NCBI GenBank assembly: GCA_963518665.1
Contig: CAUQKR010000002.1
Span: 27-64,026 of the forward strand
Direction of reading: 5' to 3'
DNA: 64,000 bases
From: an uncultured Candidatus Altimarinota bacterium
GTDB taxonomy: Bacteria; Patescibacteriota; Gracilibacteria; BD1-5; UBA6164
A model generated the notes under the pieces. That model was not told the origin of the DNA and searched no databases. It saw only the letters and a program-made list of their open reading frames with translations. This document shows positions 19,323 through 31,388 of the stretch, in pieces. Position 1 is the first letter of the stretch. Each line of letters starts with the position of its first letter. The position numbers were made by a program, and so were the translations under genes.

Positions 19323-19381
19323 AATTTTTTTATAAAAAATATTTTTATAATTATATCCAATACTAAAATTTTTCAAAAAAT

Positions 19382-19409
19382 AAAAAGCACTTTTTTAAAG
19401 TGCTTTTTT
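19382..19409 (-). terminator. intrinsic terminator, copy of the 18844 element
   Basis: aaaaagcac tttttt aaa gtgctttttt. Confidence 0.75.
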
Positions 19410-19420
19410 ATAAGAAGAAT

Positions 19421-19735
19421 TTATTTCAAGACAAGAGAATATATTTTTGTCTGTAAGAAATAAACTAAATCAAAAATCTCTTTTTGGATAACTTGCTCTT
19501 TTGCAAGAGTTTTTTCCAAATCTTCTTGAGAAATAACAGATGAAGCTACAAAATCTCGAAAAGCATTATTTATACTTTTATTATAAAGCCCCGTAAGTTC
19601 TTCCATCAAAGCATAATAACTATTTTTGATCTTAATCCGATCTTTATCTTGACTTATATCAGAAAGAAGCTCTTTTACTTCTTTAATAATATCATTTGAG
19701 ATAAATTTTAGATTTAAATCTTCTAGAATACTCAT
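19421..19735 (-). CDS. hypothetical small helical protein (104 aa)
   Basis: Complete ATG..TAA ORF in the track with no internal TGA. Flanked by a terminator and an AT-rich promoter region. Confidence 0.65.
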   Translation of the reverse strand: MSILEDLNLKFISNDIIKEVKELLSDISQDKDRIKIKNSYYALMEELTGLYNKSINNAFRDFVASSVISQEDLEKTLAKEQVIQKEIFDLVYFLQTKIYSLVLK

Positions 19736-19889
19736 TTAAAAATCTCCTTTACTTTTAGGTTTTATAATTATAAAAGTTTAAATAAAATTGTCAAATTTAT
19801 TTAAGAAAATATTAAGAATAATTTAAAAAAATTTGATTTTCATAAAAAAAATACTATACTTAATATAGTTTATTTTTAACAAAAAAAAT

Positions 19890-21023
19890 ATGGATTATTT
19901 TAAAGAAAGCTTGAAGCTTCATGAAAAACTTCAAGGAAAAATTAATTTTGTTTCAAAAGCTGATTTAAACAATAGATATGACCTAAGTTTAGCTTATTCT
20001 CCATGAGTTGCTGAACCTTGTAAAGAAATTGCTAAAGATCCAGAACTTGCTTATAAATATACAATAAAAGCAAATACTGTAGCAGTTATTTCTGACTGAA
20101 GTGCTGTTTTAGGTCTTTGAAATATTTGAGGTTTAGCTGGACTTCCAGTTATGGAATGAAAATGTGCTTTATTTAAAAGATTTGCTTGAGTAAATGCATT
20201 TCCAATTGTTTTAGATACTCAAGATACTGAGGAAATTATTTCTACTATAAAAAATATTTCTCCAACAATTGGTTGAATAAATCTAGAAGATATCAGTTCT
20301 CCAAGATGTTTTGAAATAGAAGAAAGACTTAAAAATGAATTAAATATTCCAGTTTTTCACGATGATCAACACTGAACTGCAATAGTTTGTTTAGCTGGTT
20401 TAATAAACTGATTAAAAATAACTTGAAAGAAAAAAGATGAAATAAAAGTTGTAATAAACTGAGTTTGAGCAGCTTGAATAGCAATTGCAAAATTATTTAT
20501 AAAATACGGAATAACTGATATAATTGCAGTTGATTCAAAATGAATTATTTATAAATGAAGAGAAAATCTAAATGTAGAAAAAGAAATAATAGCTGAAATA
20601 ACAAATAAAAATTTAGAAAAAGGAACTCTAGCTGATGCAGTAAAATGAAGAGATGTTTTTGTTTGAGTTTCTGCTTCTTGAGTTTTAACTCAAGAAATGG
20701 TAAAAGCTATGACAAATGATCCTATGATTTTTGCAATGGCTAACCCAATTCCAGAAATTATGCCTGATGAAGCAAAAGCTGCTTGAGCAAAAATAATCGC
20801 GACTTGAAGAAGTGATTTTCCAAATCAATTAAATAATGTTTTGGTTTTCCCAGGAATTTTTAAATGAGCTTTACAAAATAGAGTTACAAAAATAACTGAT
20901 GATATGAAAATAAAAGCTGCTGAAGCTTTGGCTTCTTTTGTAAAAGAACCAACTCCAGAAAAAATTATTCCTTCTCCTTTTGAAGAATGAATTGCTGATA
21001 CAATAGCAAATGTTGTAAGATAA
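19890..21023 (+). CDS. NAD(P)-dependent malic enzyme, short form (377 aa)
   Basis: ...LSLAYSPGVAEPC...[33 protein letters not shown]...[31 protein letters not shown]. Confidence 0.9.
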
Positions 21024-21026
21024 AAG

Positions 21027-21057
21027 AAAAATCCACTGAAAAATCAGTGGATTTTTT
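21027..21057 (+). terminator. intrinsic terminator after the malic enzyme gene
   Basis: aaaaatccactga aaaaa tcagtggatttttt. Confidence 0.8.
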
Positions 21058-21204
21058 AAAAAATTTTAAAATCTAATGATTAAAATATTTATCAAAAGAT
21101 TCCAAAAATTCAAAATAATATTTTTCAAAACGTGATTCAAACTTTAAAAGAGTTTTATAATTTAAATAGACTTATATTATAAATACTTTTTTAAAAAATC
21201 AACT

Positions 21205-24200
21205 TTATTTTATCTTATAAACAGCATATTTTCATTTATTAAAATTTTTAACTATTTCATCCTCTGTTTTTCAAATATATTTTTTCAAATAATAAAATTT
21301 TCCAGAATCAAAATCAGAAGAATTTACAAAATTATAAATCTCAGAAATACATTTTTTTATTTTTGTGTTTCTATAAATTTTATTTACATTTTCATCATAA
21401 CATTCATAAGTGCCATTTACAAGGCTAAAAAACTTGGCTTTATCTCCATTTATTTTTTCCAAATCTGTTGCAAACATTAAACAAACACTGTCTGTATGAA
21501 TTATTTCTAAATTTTTTGCAGTCAAGGTTTTCAAAAGTTTTTCATATCTATTTGTAAGTCAATGGGTTTCAGAATCATCAATTGTTGCTGCTCACAAATC
21601 AAGTAAAATATATTCAAAACCAAGTTTTTTCATATTTTCAAAAGTTTTTTCTATATTTTTTTCATCTAAAAGAAAATCATTAAAATAAAATAATAATCAG
21701 TCTTCATAAATTCTTTTTTGATTTTCTGCAACATAATATTTAAAAAATGTTCAAATTCTAAAAATATTTTTTTTATTTAAAAAACTTTTTGGATACAAAA
21801 TTCATTTATAAATATTTTCTAAAGATCTTTTTGCTTTTTCATTTCAATTTCTAATTTGAATTTTTAAAAAATCAATTATTTGTAGAATATCAATTTTTTC
21901 TAAATCAAAATTAGATAAAATTTCAAAATCAACATTTTTTTCTAAAAATTCTTTTTTATTATTTATATTTAGTTCAAAAAATATTTTTTCATAAGGATAA
22001 TGAAGGTCAAAAATATCTACCAAAGAGGAAGTCTTCCAAGTTTTATAATCCAAATATGCTTTTGAAGTCAAATTTGAAACTGTATGAGGAAAAGATGTAA
22101 AAATTATAAAAGCTGAAAAAATAGTCACAAAAATTAAGCTTCAATAATATTTTAAATTTTGATTCTTAAGGGAATAATTTGAAATATAAAATCCTCAATA
22201 TCAAATCATCAAAAGTAAGCAAAAATACATCGTGATTCCATACCAAACAACTCAAAAACTAGAAATCATCCAAAGAAAAATATAAATAAAAGAAAAAGTC
22301 AAATTTTGTCTAAAAATAAAAGTTTCTTCAGATTTTTTCAAAAAATAATTTAAAATTAAAAATGGAATTATGAAAAATAAAAATATTATAAAATAACCAA
22401 AAGGCAAAGTTATTTCAGAAAGCAAATCTTTTATTTTTTGCAAGAAATTTGTATTTTTTTGCCAAAGATTCAAAATCTCATTTTTTTCAGAAATATTTTC
22501 TTTTTCTATTTTATTTTTTAGCTCTGAAATATTTTCAGAACTAAAAATATAACCTTTATTTTTTTCTGTAAATATTTTTTCAATTGTATTTTTGGAAATA
22601 TTTTCTGGAATTTTAGCTACTTCTACAGGAAGTTTAATAAAAAACCAAACTTCGAAAAAAGCAAAAATTATGAAAACAAGATAAAAATTTTTGTTTCTAA
22701 AAAATGGCAAAAATATAAAAATAAGTGGTATCAAAGCAAAAAATATAAAAGAAATTTCTGTAAATTTTCATCATTGATTTACTTGCATTGTTAGATTCCA
22801 AAACATATTTGTATAAGGCAAAATTCCCTCTTCATATCACAAATATCTTTTCAAATCCTCATTTGTTGTTACTGGATCCTCTAGTCTTCTTTTAGCTCTT
22901 TCTCTATATTTTTCATCTATTTCTTCAGAAGAATAAATATTTTTCAAATCAAGTTTTGGGCTATCAATTTTTCAATTCAAAATCCCAGAGATTGTGATAT
23001 TTGGATAAGTTTCAATAATATTTTTTGTAAACCAAGGCAAAAGTGAAATAAAAATTCAAATAAAAAAAATAATTATTATTTTTAAAAATTCTATAAATTT
23101 TTTATTTTTTCTAAAAAATAAAATTCAAAAAATTATTATTCAAAATCATAAGAAAGATAAATTTAAAAGCAAATTTGATGAAATTGCTACATTCATCATT
23201 CACCATAAATTGGCTAAACTAAAACTAGAAAAAAATAAAAATAAAAATCAAAATAAACCAAAAACTCAAAAATAAAAAAAGCTTAAAAGTCCTAAAATAG
23301 AAACAATTAAAAAAAGTGAAGTAAATTTTATAGAAAAGGCAAATCATGTCAAAATTCAAATTATTCAAAAATACCAAAATGAAATTTTTTCTCAATTTTC
23401 ATTTTTTTGCAATAATTTATAAAGAAAAAATACAATAAAAGTCGTAATAAAAAACAATCATTGATCAAGTTTCATATCTTTAGCTGAATGAAAAATACTC
23501 ATTGGCAAAGATAAAAACAAAGTTGACAAAATAATGGGTAAGTTTAAAAATGATTTTTTAGAAGAAAAAATTTCAGAAAAAATTAAATTTAGAGTCAAAA
23601 AACTCAAAAAATATCAAGAAAAATTTAGAAAAAAAGCAAAAACTGGCTCAGATAAAAGATATCAAATAGAAGTAAAAATTTGCCAAGAATACATTTCTGG
23701 GAAATTTCAAACTCAGCTAGAATTAGCCAAAATATTTGGGTAATTCATATAAACTCACAAATCATCCCAACCAATTGGAAATGGACGAACGATCGATATT
23801 ATTCAAGTTCACAGAACAAAAAATGCAAATAAATAAAAAATTTCTGTTGTTAATAATTTTATTCAATTCCCTTCAGTTTTACTTATTTCAAACTTTTTTG
23901 TAAAAAATCATTGCAAAAATCAAAAAATTTCTTTATATGAAAAAATTCAAAAAATAGCTAAAATTCAAAAAACTACAAATAAGTTTAAAAATCAAAAAAA
24001 TGAAAAAATAGTTAATAAAAAAATAAAAGAAAAAAATCATAAATTTAGTGAAAGTAAAAATCTAGTATTTTCAGAAAAATCTTTTATTTTAGGTAATTTT
24101 GAAGATATTTTTTTTCAAAATCAAGTTGTTATAAAAAACAAAAAAACTGGAAAAATTCACAAAAAAATAATTTTTGAAAAAAATAAAATAGAATCTGAAA

Positions 24201-24573
24201 ACAAATCTAAACTAAATTTTCAATAAAAAACATTTAAAATATTTCAAAAAAAGTTTTTAAAAAATGCGAAATCAAAATAAGCTTCACTTAAAAAAAGTAA
24301 AAAAATCATAAATAAAGAAAATATTTTTGCTGGAGTAAAAGTTACTTTTTCTTTATTTTTAGATGAAAAAATAATTTTATAAAAAATATATAAAATTAAA
24401 AAAAATCAAATAAAAAATAAAAAGTTTTTATCCATAGAAAAATATTTTCAAAAAATTTCTACTTTTGAAAAAGAAAAATCATTATGTCCAGGAAAAATAA
24501 CATAATAAAGAAAAAATATCAAACTAGAAAAAAGAGCTAAAATAAGACTCTTTAAAAGAAAAATATTAAACAT
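21205..24573 (-). CDS. 1122-aa polytopic membrane protein, possibly a GT-C-fold glycosyltransferase
   Basis: I walked this frame codon by codon from ATG 24573 to TAA 21207-21205; the only stops are TGA. It joins track pieces 21271-21534, 21844-22128 and 22252-22734. Many TM helices. The acidic loop RPFPIGWDDLGVY sits after an early TM segment, as in GT-C enzymes (inference). Confidence 0.8.
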
Positions 24574-24700
24574 AAAATTTATATAAAAAACTAATTTATC
24601 TTATTTTAAAGGATTTTTCTGATTTGTAAAATTTTTATGTATTTTTTACAAATAAAAAAAAATAATTATAATGTAAAAAATTATTTATAAAAACAAAAAA

Positions 24701-26224
24701 ATGATCGACCAATATAAAAGTTTGAGTGAAAAATTCCTAAAAAAATGATTTTGGTTATATGTTTTTTCACTTGTTATTTGACCTGTTTGATATATCACAA
24801 AAATAATAATTTCTGGAGAAATTACAGTTTCTGAACTTGGAATTTTGTACTGAATAATCAGTCTAGTAACTCTCGTTTCAACTTACAACGATTTGTGAGT
24901 TACAGAAAGTTTGAAACACTTTATACCAAAATTTGTAACAGAAAAAAAATTTGATAAAGTAAAATCTGTTCTATTTTATGCACTTTTTGCACAAATTATA
25001 ACTTCTATTTTTATTGCTTGATTTTTCTTTTTTGGTGCAGATTTTTTAGCAACAAGCTATTTTAAAAGTGAAAGTGCTATTGAAGCTATAAAAGTTTTTG
25101 CTTTTTTCTTCATTTGAATAAATATTTTTCAAACTTTAAATAATTTTTTTCTTTCAGTTCAAGACTCTTTTTCTTACAAAATTACAGAATTTTTTAGAAT
25201 GATTTTTATTTTAATTTCTGTTTTATTTGTATTTTTCTGAGATGCTTCAAGTTTAGCTAATTATAGCTATTCTTGGCTTGTTTGACTTTACCTTTGAATA
25301 TTGATAACTATTTACTTTTTTTACAAAAAATATTATAAAAAATATTTTAAAGAAAGTAAAATTTTATTTGATAAAAAACTTATAAAAACTGTTTCAAAAT
25401 ACTCAATTTTGGTTGCTCTTTGAGCTCAAGTTTCAGTTTTGCTTAGCCAAGTTGATATGCAAATGATTATTTACCTTTTAGACACTGAGAAAGCTTGACT
25501 TTATACAAATTATTTAAGTATTATAAATATTCCTTTCATAGTTTTATGACCAATTTTTATGATTTTGATGCCAATTTTTTCAGAACTTCACTCAAAATGA
25601 GAAAAAGAAAAACTTCAAATCATAAAACAAAATTTTGCAAATATTTTCATAACAATTTGAATAATTTTTAACTGATTTATGTTTGTTTTTTGACCACAAA
25701 TTGCTTCAGTTTTATTCTGAAAAAATTATTATGATTCTGGGATAATTTTACAATATTCTATTTTACTTTTAGTTTTTAACTTTCTTTTGCAAATAAATTT
25801 TAATTTGCTTGCTTGAATCTGAGAAGTGAAAAAAAGAGTAAAAATTCTACTTGTAGCAATATTTTTCAATGTAATTTTAAACTTGATTTTTATCAAAACT
25901 TTGTGAGTAAATTGAGCTTCTCTTGCGACTTGATTTGGTTGGATTTTGATTTGGTACTTAAGTGAAAAATATCTAAAAAAAGATTATAAAACAAGTTTTG
26001 ATATAAAAATTATTTTCAAAAATACAATATTTTTTATAATTTTTTGATGAATTTTTTATTATATTTTCAGCAATTTTATAAACAATTTATCAAGAATAAG
26101 TTGATTTTTTGCACTTACTTGAATTGCAATTTTATGGTTTACTATTTTTATTTTTATAAATAAAAATATGTTTAAACATTTTATTTTAGAAGTTAAAAAT
26201 CTAAAAAAATGAAAAAAATCTTAA
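24701..26224 (+). CDS. polysaccharide flippase of the MOP (Wzx/MurJ) superfamily (507 aa)
   Basis: About 12-14 predicted TM helices and a typical Wzx-like layout. Its 3' end overlaps the next GT gene by 16 nt. Confidence 0.7.
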
Positions 26225-27258
26225 TCAGAGTAGAAAGTCACTCAAAATCTTGAGTTTGATGAATGGAAAGTAGAATTTTAGAATTTTGTAAAATATTAAA
26301 ACATGATTTTTATTTTCTATCAAATTCTAGATTTTTGATTGAAAATAAATTTTTGTGAGAAAAAAATTTATTTTCTGACTATTTTAGTTTTTATTGAATT
26401 TTACAAGATATTTTTAGTTTTAGAAATTTTGAAATTATTGAGAGTAATGGTCTTCGTGATAATCTTATAGCAAGTTTAAATTTTCTAATTTTTTATCCAT
26501 TTTACAAAGTAAATAAAACAAAATTTTTCCTTTCTATTCACGGAAATTTAGCAATTTTGGGAATGAAATGATTGAAAAAATTTATTTACAATTTTATTCT
26601 AAAAATTGGGCTAATTCTTTCAGACAAAATTATTGTTGTTTCAGAAGAGCTAAAAGATTATTTCAGTGAAACTTATAAAATAAAGAAAGAAAAATTTGAA
26701 GTTATTGTAAACTTTATAAATACAGAAAATTTTAACAAAGAAAAATGAGAAAATAAAAAAATTTTGATTGTTTCAAGACTAGATTTTGATAAATACAATT
26801 GAGTAAAAAATGCTATTTATAGAGCTTCAAAAGATAATTTTGAAATTGATATTTATTGAAATTGAGATTTTTTAAAAATTTTGAAAAATGATTTTAAAGA
26901 TTTTCAAAATGTAAATTTTTTAGGTTTCAAAAAACAAACAGAAATAAAATATAATGAATATTTTTTGATTTTTGCTATGTGAAGAGCTTTACTTGAATGA
27001 ATGCTTTCTTGACTTAGAGGGATTTTAATAAATAATCATAAAATAATTTGTGAAATAAATGAGAAAAATTATGAAGATGCAAAATATTCAAATTTTACTT
27101 GAAAGCTAGTTTTTTGAGAAAAAAATTTATATACAAATTTTCATTGAAAAGTTGTTAAGATAGAAGAAATTGATTTATTTTTAAATAAAAAATCTAACTT
27201 AATAAATCAAATAAAATCTGATTTTGATATAAAAAATTTAAAAGATTTTTATAAATAA
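26209..27258 (+). CDS. glycosyltransferase, GT4-like (349 aa)
   Basis: MKKILIRVESHSKSGVGGMESRILEF... and a C-terminal ...FAMGRALLEGMLSGLRGILIN motif. Translationally coupled to the flippase. Confidence 0.6.
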
Positions 27259-27290
27259 AAAACTAGAAAATTTAAATTTTCTAGTTTTTT
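27257..27290. terminator. bidirectional terminator between convergent GT genes
   Basis: aaaaactagaaaat ttaa attttctagtttttt. Confidence 0.8.
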
Positions 27291-28479
27291 AAAGTCTTAT
27301 TTTTGAAATATTTTTTTCCCAAGAAAAATTTTCTTCTACAAATTGTCTTCCATTTTCAGCTATATTTTCAAGAGTTTCAGATTTTCAAATATTTTGTAAA
27401 ATCAAACTTTTCCAAACTTCTGGATCATCACTACAAAAAACATTTTCTCCATGATGAAGAGAAATTCACTCTAAACCAATTTTTGTTGATAAAATAGGCT
27501 TCCCCATAGCTAAAGCATTCAAAACTTTTAATTTTATTCAGCTTCAACTCAAAAGTGGAACAATAAAAATTCTTGCTTTATTAAAATATTCTAAATCTTT
27601 ATTTTTTCAATTTTCTACAATTATCCTATCACTAGCCATTTTTTTAATTTCAGAAGAAGCATTTTTTCAAACAATATAAAATTTTATTTCTTTATCAAAA
27701 ATTCAAATTTCATCAAAAACTTTTTCTTTAAACCATTTTACTGCTTGGATATTTGGAAAATAATCCATCATTCAAATAAAAACAAGATTTTTTTCTGTTG
27801 TTAAATGTGTAAATTGATATTTTTCAAAATCAACTCAAGGAAGCAAAACTTGAGTTTTTTCCATTAAAGAAGGCATTTTATTTAAGAAAAAAGTTTTATC
27901 AGATTCTGAAATCGTAAAAAAATAATCAATAAAATCTAAATACTCAAACTCCAAATTTTCCCAAAAAATAGATTCCCTTTTGATTAAATATTTTTTAAAA
28001 ATATTTTTTTCCTCAGATGCAATTCTTTTTAGAAGCAGATGTTCGACATTATGGCTTCTACTGACAATTTTTACATTTGGATCAATATCTTTTATAAATT
28101 TTGAAAAAGTTGTCATAAAAGCTGATTCAAGCCAAACTATATCATATTTATTTTTTCCCATCATTTCAGAAATCATATTTTTCATTTTTTTTGTATGGTA
28201 TTTTCTAAAAAAATAGCTATCTTTTTTTAAAAAACTCAAAAATAAATATCAAAAATTTTGTTTTGAAACATCTCTCAAATCATAAGAAAATTCATTAACC
28301 AAATTTTTTGCTTCTTTAAAATTATAAGAAAAATCTTCTTTTGAAACATTTGTTAAATAATCAATTTCATTGTATTTTGAGAGCTCTTTTACCGTATTGT
28401 AAAAAACAATTTTTGCTCAATCATTTGCTGGGAAAAAATATCTTGGTGAAATATAAAGAATTTTTTTATCTTTTATCAT
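27289..28479 (-). CDS. glycosyltransferase family 4 (396 aa)
   Basis: MIKDKKILYISPRYFFPANDGAKI... and ...ARIFIVPLLSGSGIKLKVLNALAMGKPILSTKIGLEGI.... Includes track piece 27835-28239. Confidence 0.85.
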
Positions 28480-29281
28480 TTTTGTATTCTAAAATTTTAA
28501 ATAAAAATAAAACAAAACTACTTGGTAAAATATACAAAATTTTTAGAAGAAAATTGCATAAAATATCTGAAAAAGTTGCTTTTATTTTATAAATTTTTCT
28601 TGCTTTATTTTGCACAAATAAAGTATTTTTCAAAGTTTCTTTTAATTTTAAACTTTTGGTCTGTCAGGCTCTAATTCTATGGAAATATAAAAAATTTTCT
28701 AAAACTCCGATTTTATATCATTTTGAAAAAATTTTTAACCATAAATCATAATCTTCAGCATAATTTAAATTATCATCATAGCCTCATACTTCATAAAAAA
28801 CATCCTTTTTAAATCATACACTTCAATTTGAAACTGGAGATTTTTTCAAAATAATTTTTTCTACATTTTGAGAATATTTTCTAAATCAAATTATTTTTGA
28901 ATCTTCATCAATTATAGTACAATTACCTCAAACTACAGCAAAAATAGGATTTTTCTCAAAAAAATCATGGATCAAAGAAAGTCTATTTTTTTCTGAAATA
29001 TCATCACTATCTTGCGGACAAATTATATTTGTTTTTGAGAGAGAAATAAGTTTATTTCTACAAAATGAGATTCACTCATTTTTTTCATTTCTAAAAAGCC
29101 TTATTCGCTTATCCTTTTTTGCAAAATCTTGTAAAATCTCAAAACTTCCATCACTAGAAAAATCATCCAAAATTATAAATTCAAAATCTTGAAAATCCTG
29201 ATTTAAAATACTTTTTATTGCTTCTTCTAAAAATTTTTTTGTGTTGTAAACAGGCATCACAACTGATATTTTTGCTTGCAT
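28466..29281 (-). CDS. glycosyltransferase family 2 (271 aa)
   Basis: MQAKISVVMPVYNTKKFLEEAIKSILNQDFQDFEFIILDDFSSDGS, then QDSDD. Overlaps the downstream GT4 start by 14 nt. Confidence 0.88.
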
Positions 29282-29284
29282 TTT

Positions 29285-29597
29285 TTAAATTATTTTATGT
29301 ATTTTAAGTAAAATAAAAATAAAACCAAAACTATAAAACAAAATAATTATAATCAAAATAAAAAATAAATCATCTTTTTTTAAACTTTCTTGTGAAAAAT
29401 TTACATTTTCATTTATTTCTTCAGTTTTTTCTAGATTTTTTTCTTTTTGCTTTACTTCAACAAAAAATATTTTTTTCTACAATATTTTCTGAATTTTCTA
29501 GACTCAAAAAATTCTCATCATTTTCACTAGTTCAAGCAAAAACGTATGAGAATAATAAAGTAAAAATCAAAAATGTAGAAATAATTTTCTGAAAAAT
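29285..29597 (-). CDS. small secreted/membrane-anchored protein, apparently frameshifted in a T6 run and without an ATG
   Basis: Immediately after the upstream stop: ...KIISTFLIFTLLFSYVFAGTSENDENF... (signal-peptide-like). After the A6 run at 29462-29467 the adjacent frame gives VEVKQKEKNLEKTEEINENVNFSQESLKKDDLFFILIIIILFYSFGFIFILLKIHKII-stop (TAA 29287-29285). Confidence 0.3.
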
Positions 29598-30626
29598 TTA
29601 CTTAAAAAATTTACTAAAAATAATTTTAAAAGCTATATTTATTGCATTAAAAGAAGATTGTCATTTTGATTTTGAGTAATCTGTATATTTTATAACAACA
29701 AAAACTTCTGAAAATTTTATTTTTTTCTTTCTTATCTCATCTATGATTTCTGAAGCATAAGCCATAGAATCCATTTTTAAACTAATTTTTTTTATTGTAT
29801 CAAAAGTAAATCATCTAAGTCAATTATGTGCATCTGTAAGCAATATTCAGCTAACAAAAAATGTAAAAATTTTTCCTAAAAATAAAACTATTTTTCTAAA
29901 AAAAGGTACATTTGTTTGAGATTTATAAAGAAACCTAGATCAAAAAATAGCTCAAAGCTCTTTATCACTTTCAAATTTTTCTATAAATTTTTCTATATCA
30001 GCTGAAGAATGTTGTCAATCTGAGTCAAAAGTTATAACATAATCTATTTTTGCATATCTTCTAATATACTCAAATCAAGTTTCAAGTGCAGCTCAAGCTC
30101 ATCTATTTACAGTATGTTTTACAAAAAATATTTTTTCTCAAAAATCCTCTAAAATCTCTGAAGTTCAGTCAGTTGAGCCATCATCAACAACCAAAATATT
30201 TTTATATCAAGAATTTAATAAATCGTTTATAACCTCAGAAATAACTTGTTTTTCATTAAAAGCTCTCATCAAAATAAGTTCTTTTCAAGTTATTTTTCTT
30301 TTTTCAGAATTATTTATAGAAACTTCTCTGATAGTTTTTGTAAGATTTTCATTTAGATTTACAACTTTTGATAGTAAAAGTAAAACAAAATAAATCAAAA
30401 ATATTACTGAAATATAAACCAAAACATCTGCTCATCTTGTAACTCAAAAAATTTGTCAAAATTGATCAAGTGTTTTTGGGAAAAAAGAAAAAACAAACAA
30501 CAAAATTCAAACTGATAAAAAAACTAGAAAATGTAAAGCATTAAATTTTTGTTTTCTAGCTATATCGAGTGAAATAATAAAAATTATTGTTCAAGAGATT
30601 ATAAAAAAAAAGTGAAGCAAAGTCAT
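29598..30626 (-). CDS. fusion of a DUF2304-like small membrane domain with a GT2 polyprenol-phosphate glycosyltransferase (342 aa)
   Basis: N-terminus MTLLHFFFIISGTIIFIISLDIARKQKF...RGADVLVYISVIFLIYF..., then ILVVDDGSTDGTSEIL and DSDGQH. Confidence 0.8.
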
Positions 30627-30647
30627 TTTTCACCTTTAAAATAATAT

Positions 30648-30723
30648 TGGTATTCCCAAGGGGATTTGAACCCCTGTTTCCACCGTGAGAGGGTGGAGTC
30701 CTAGGCCACTAGACGATGGGAAC
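30648..30723 (-). tRNA. tRNA-Glu (anticodon CUC), CCA encoded
   Basis: GTTCCCATCGTCTAGTGGCCTAGGACTCCACCCTCTCACGGTGGAAACAGGGGTTCAAATCCCCTTGGGAATACCA. The cloverleaf folds: anticodon stem CCACC/GGTGG, loop CUCUCAC. The body closely resembles E. coli tRNA-Glu. Confidence 0.93.
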
Positions 30724-30724
30724 A

Positions 30725-30750
30725 AAAAGATAAGTAAAAACTTATCTTTA
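30725..30750 (-). terminator. intrinsic terminator after rplK
   Basis: aaagataagt aaaa acttatcttt. Confidence 0.7.
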
Positions 30751-30755
30751 AAAAA

Positions 30756-31226
30756 TTATGCTAATTTTGCTCTTACTTCTTCGATAGTTAATCCATCAAT
30801 ATCAGTAGTAACACCAGCAGATCTAGCTGTTCATCTAACAGTCATCATTGCACCTGCTAAGTCAATAGCATTTAAATCTGGCATTTTTTCATTTGCTATA
30901 TCTTTCATTTGGTCTAAAGTTAAGTGACCAACTTTATCTTTATGAGCAACTTTTGAACCAGATTTTAAGTTTAATTTATTTTTAATTAAAACAGGCATTG
31001 GTGGTTGTTTTACAATGAAATCAAAACTTCTGTCTTCATAAACAGTGATAATAACTGGAAGTTTTACTCACATTCTATCTTTTGTAGCTTCGTTGAATCT
31101 AGATGTAAATTCAGGAATTGCTACTCAGTGTTGACCAAGAGCAGGTCATACAGGAGGAGCTGGATTAGCTTGTCCTCAATTGATTTGAAGTTTTATGTAA
31201 CCTTTGATTGCTTTTTTAGGTGCCAT
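30756..31226 (-). CDS. rplK: 50S ribosomal protein L11 (156 aa)
   Basis: [50 protein letters not shown]... Confidence 0.96.
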
Positions 31227-31357
31227 TTTTCTAAAAATTATATTTTAAAATATTTTATTATATTATTTTTATTTATTTTTAAAAAATATCATTCACTTAT
31301 TTTCGGGATAAATAAAATATTTCTTAAAAGTAAATTTTTTGAAGCCAACATATTATA

Positions 31358-31388
31358 AAAAAAACTTGAGAAAAATCAAGTTTTTTTT
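31358..31388 (-). terminator. intrinsic terminator
   Basis: aaaaaacttga gaaaaa tcaagtttttttt. Confidence 0.7.

Noticed and set aside
21058-21204. A small minus-strand ORF (about 25 aa, LNHVLKNIILNFWNLLINILIIRF) in the gap after the malic enzyme gene.
   Set aside because: It has no ATG, no SD, no promoter or terminator signals, and is the kind of ORF expected by chance in AT-rich spacer.
23534-23743. Track ORF (+, 69 aa) ending ...QTQLELAKIFG, which looks like a transposase/resolvase helix-turn-helix.
   Set aside because: It lies antisense inside a 1122-codon minus-strand frame that has no TAA or TAG (21205-24573). The Lys/Glu-rich + frame is the expected mirror of a Phe/Leu-rich membrane protein in AT-rich DNA. 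It stops abruptly with no recombinase domain.
30648-30723. The possibility that this tRNA is the UGA-decoding tRNA-Gly(UCA), because its anticodon loop contains the string TCA.
   Set aside because: With the 5-bp stem CCACC/GGTGG the 7-nt loop is CUCUCAC, which puts CUC at positions 34-36. The body matches tRNA-Glu. It is therefore tRNA-Glu(CUC).
21205-30750. A mobile genomic island integrated at tRNA-Glu.
   Set aside because: There is no integrase, transposase or repeat of the tRNA 3' end in the window, and composition looks like the surroundings. It is reported only as a gene block adjacent to a tRNA.
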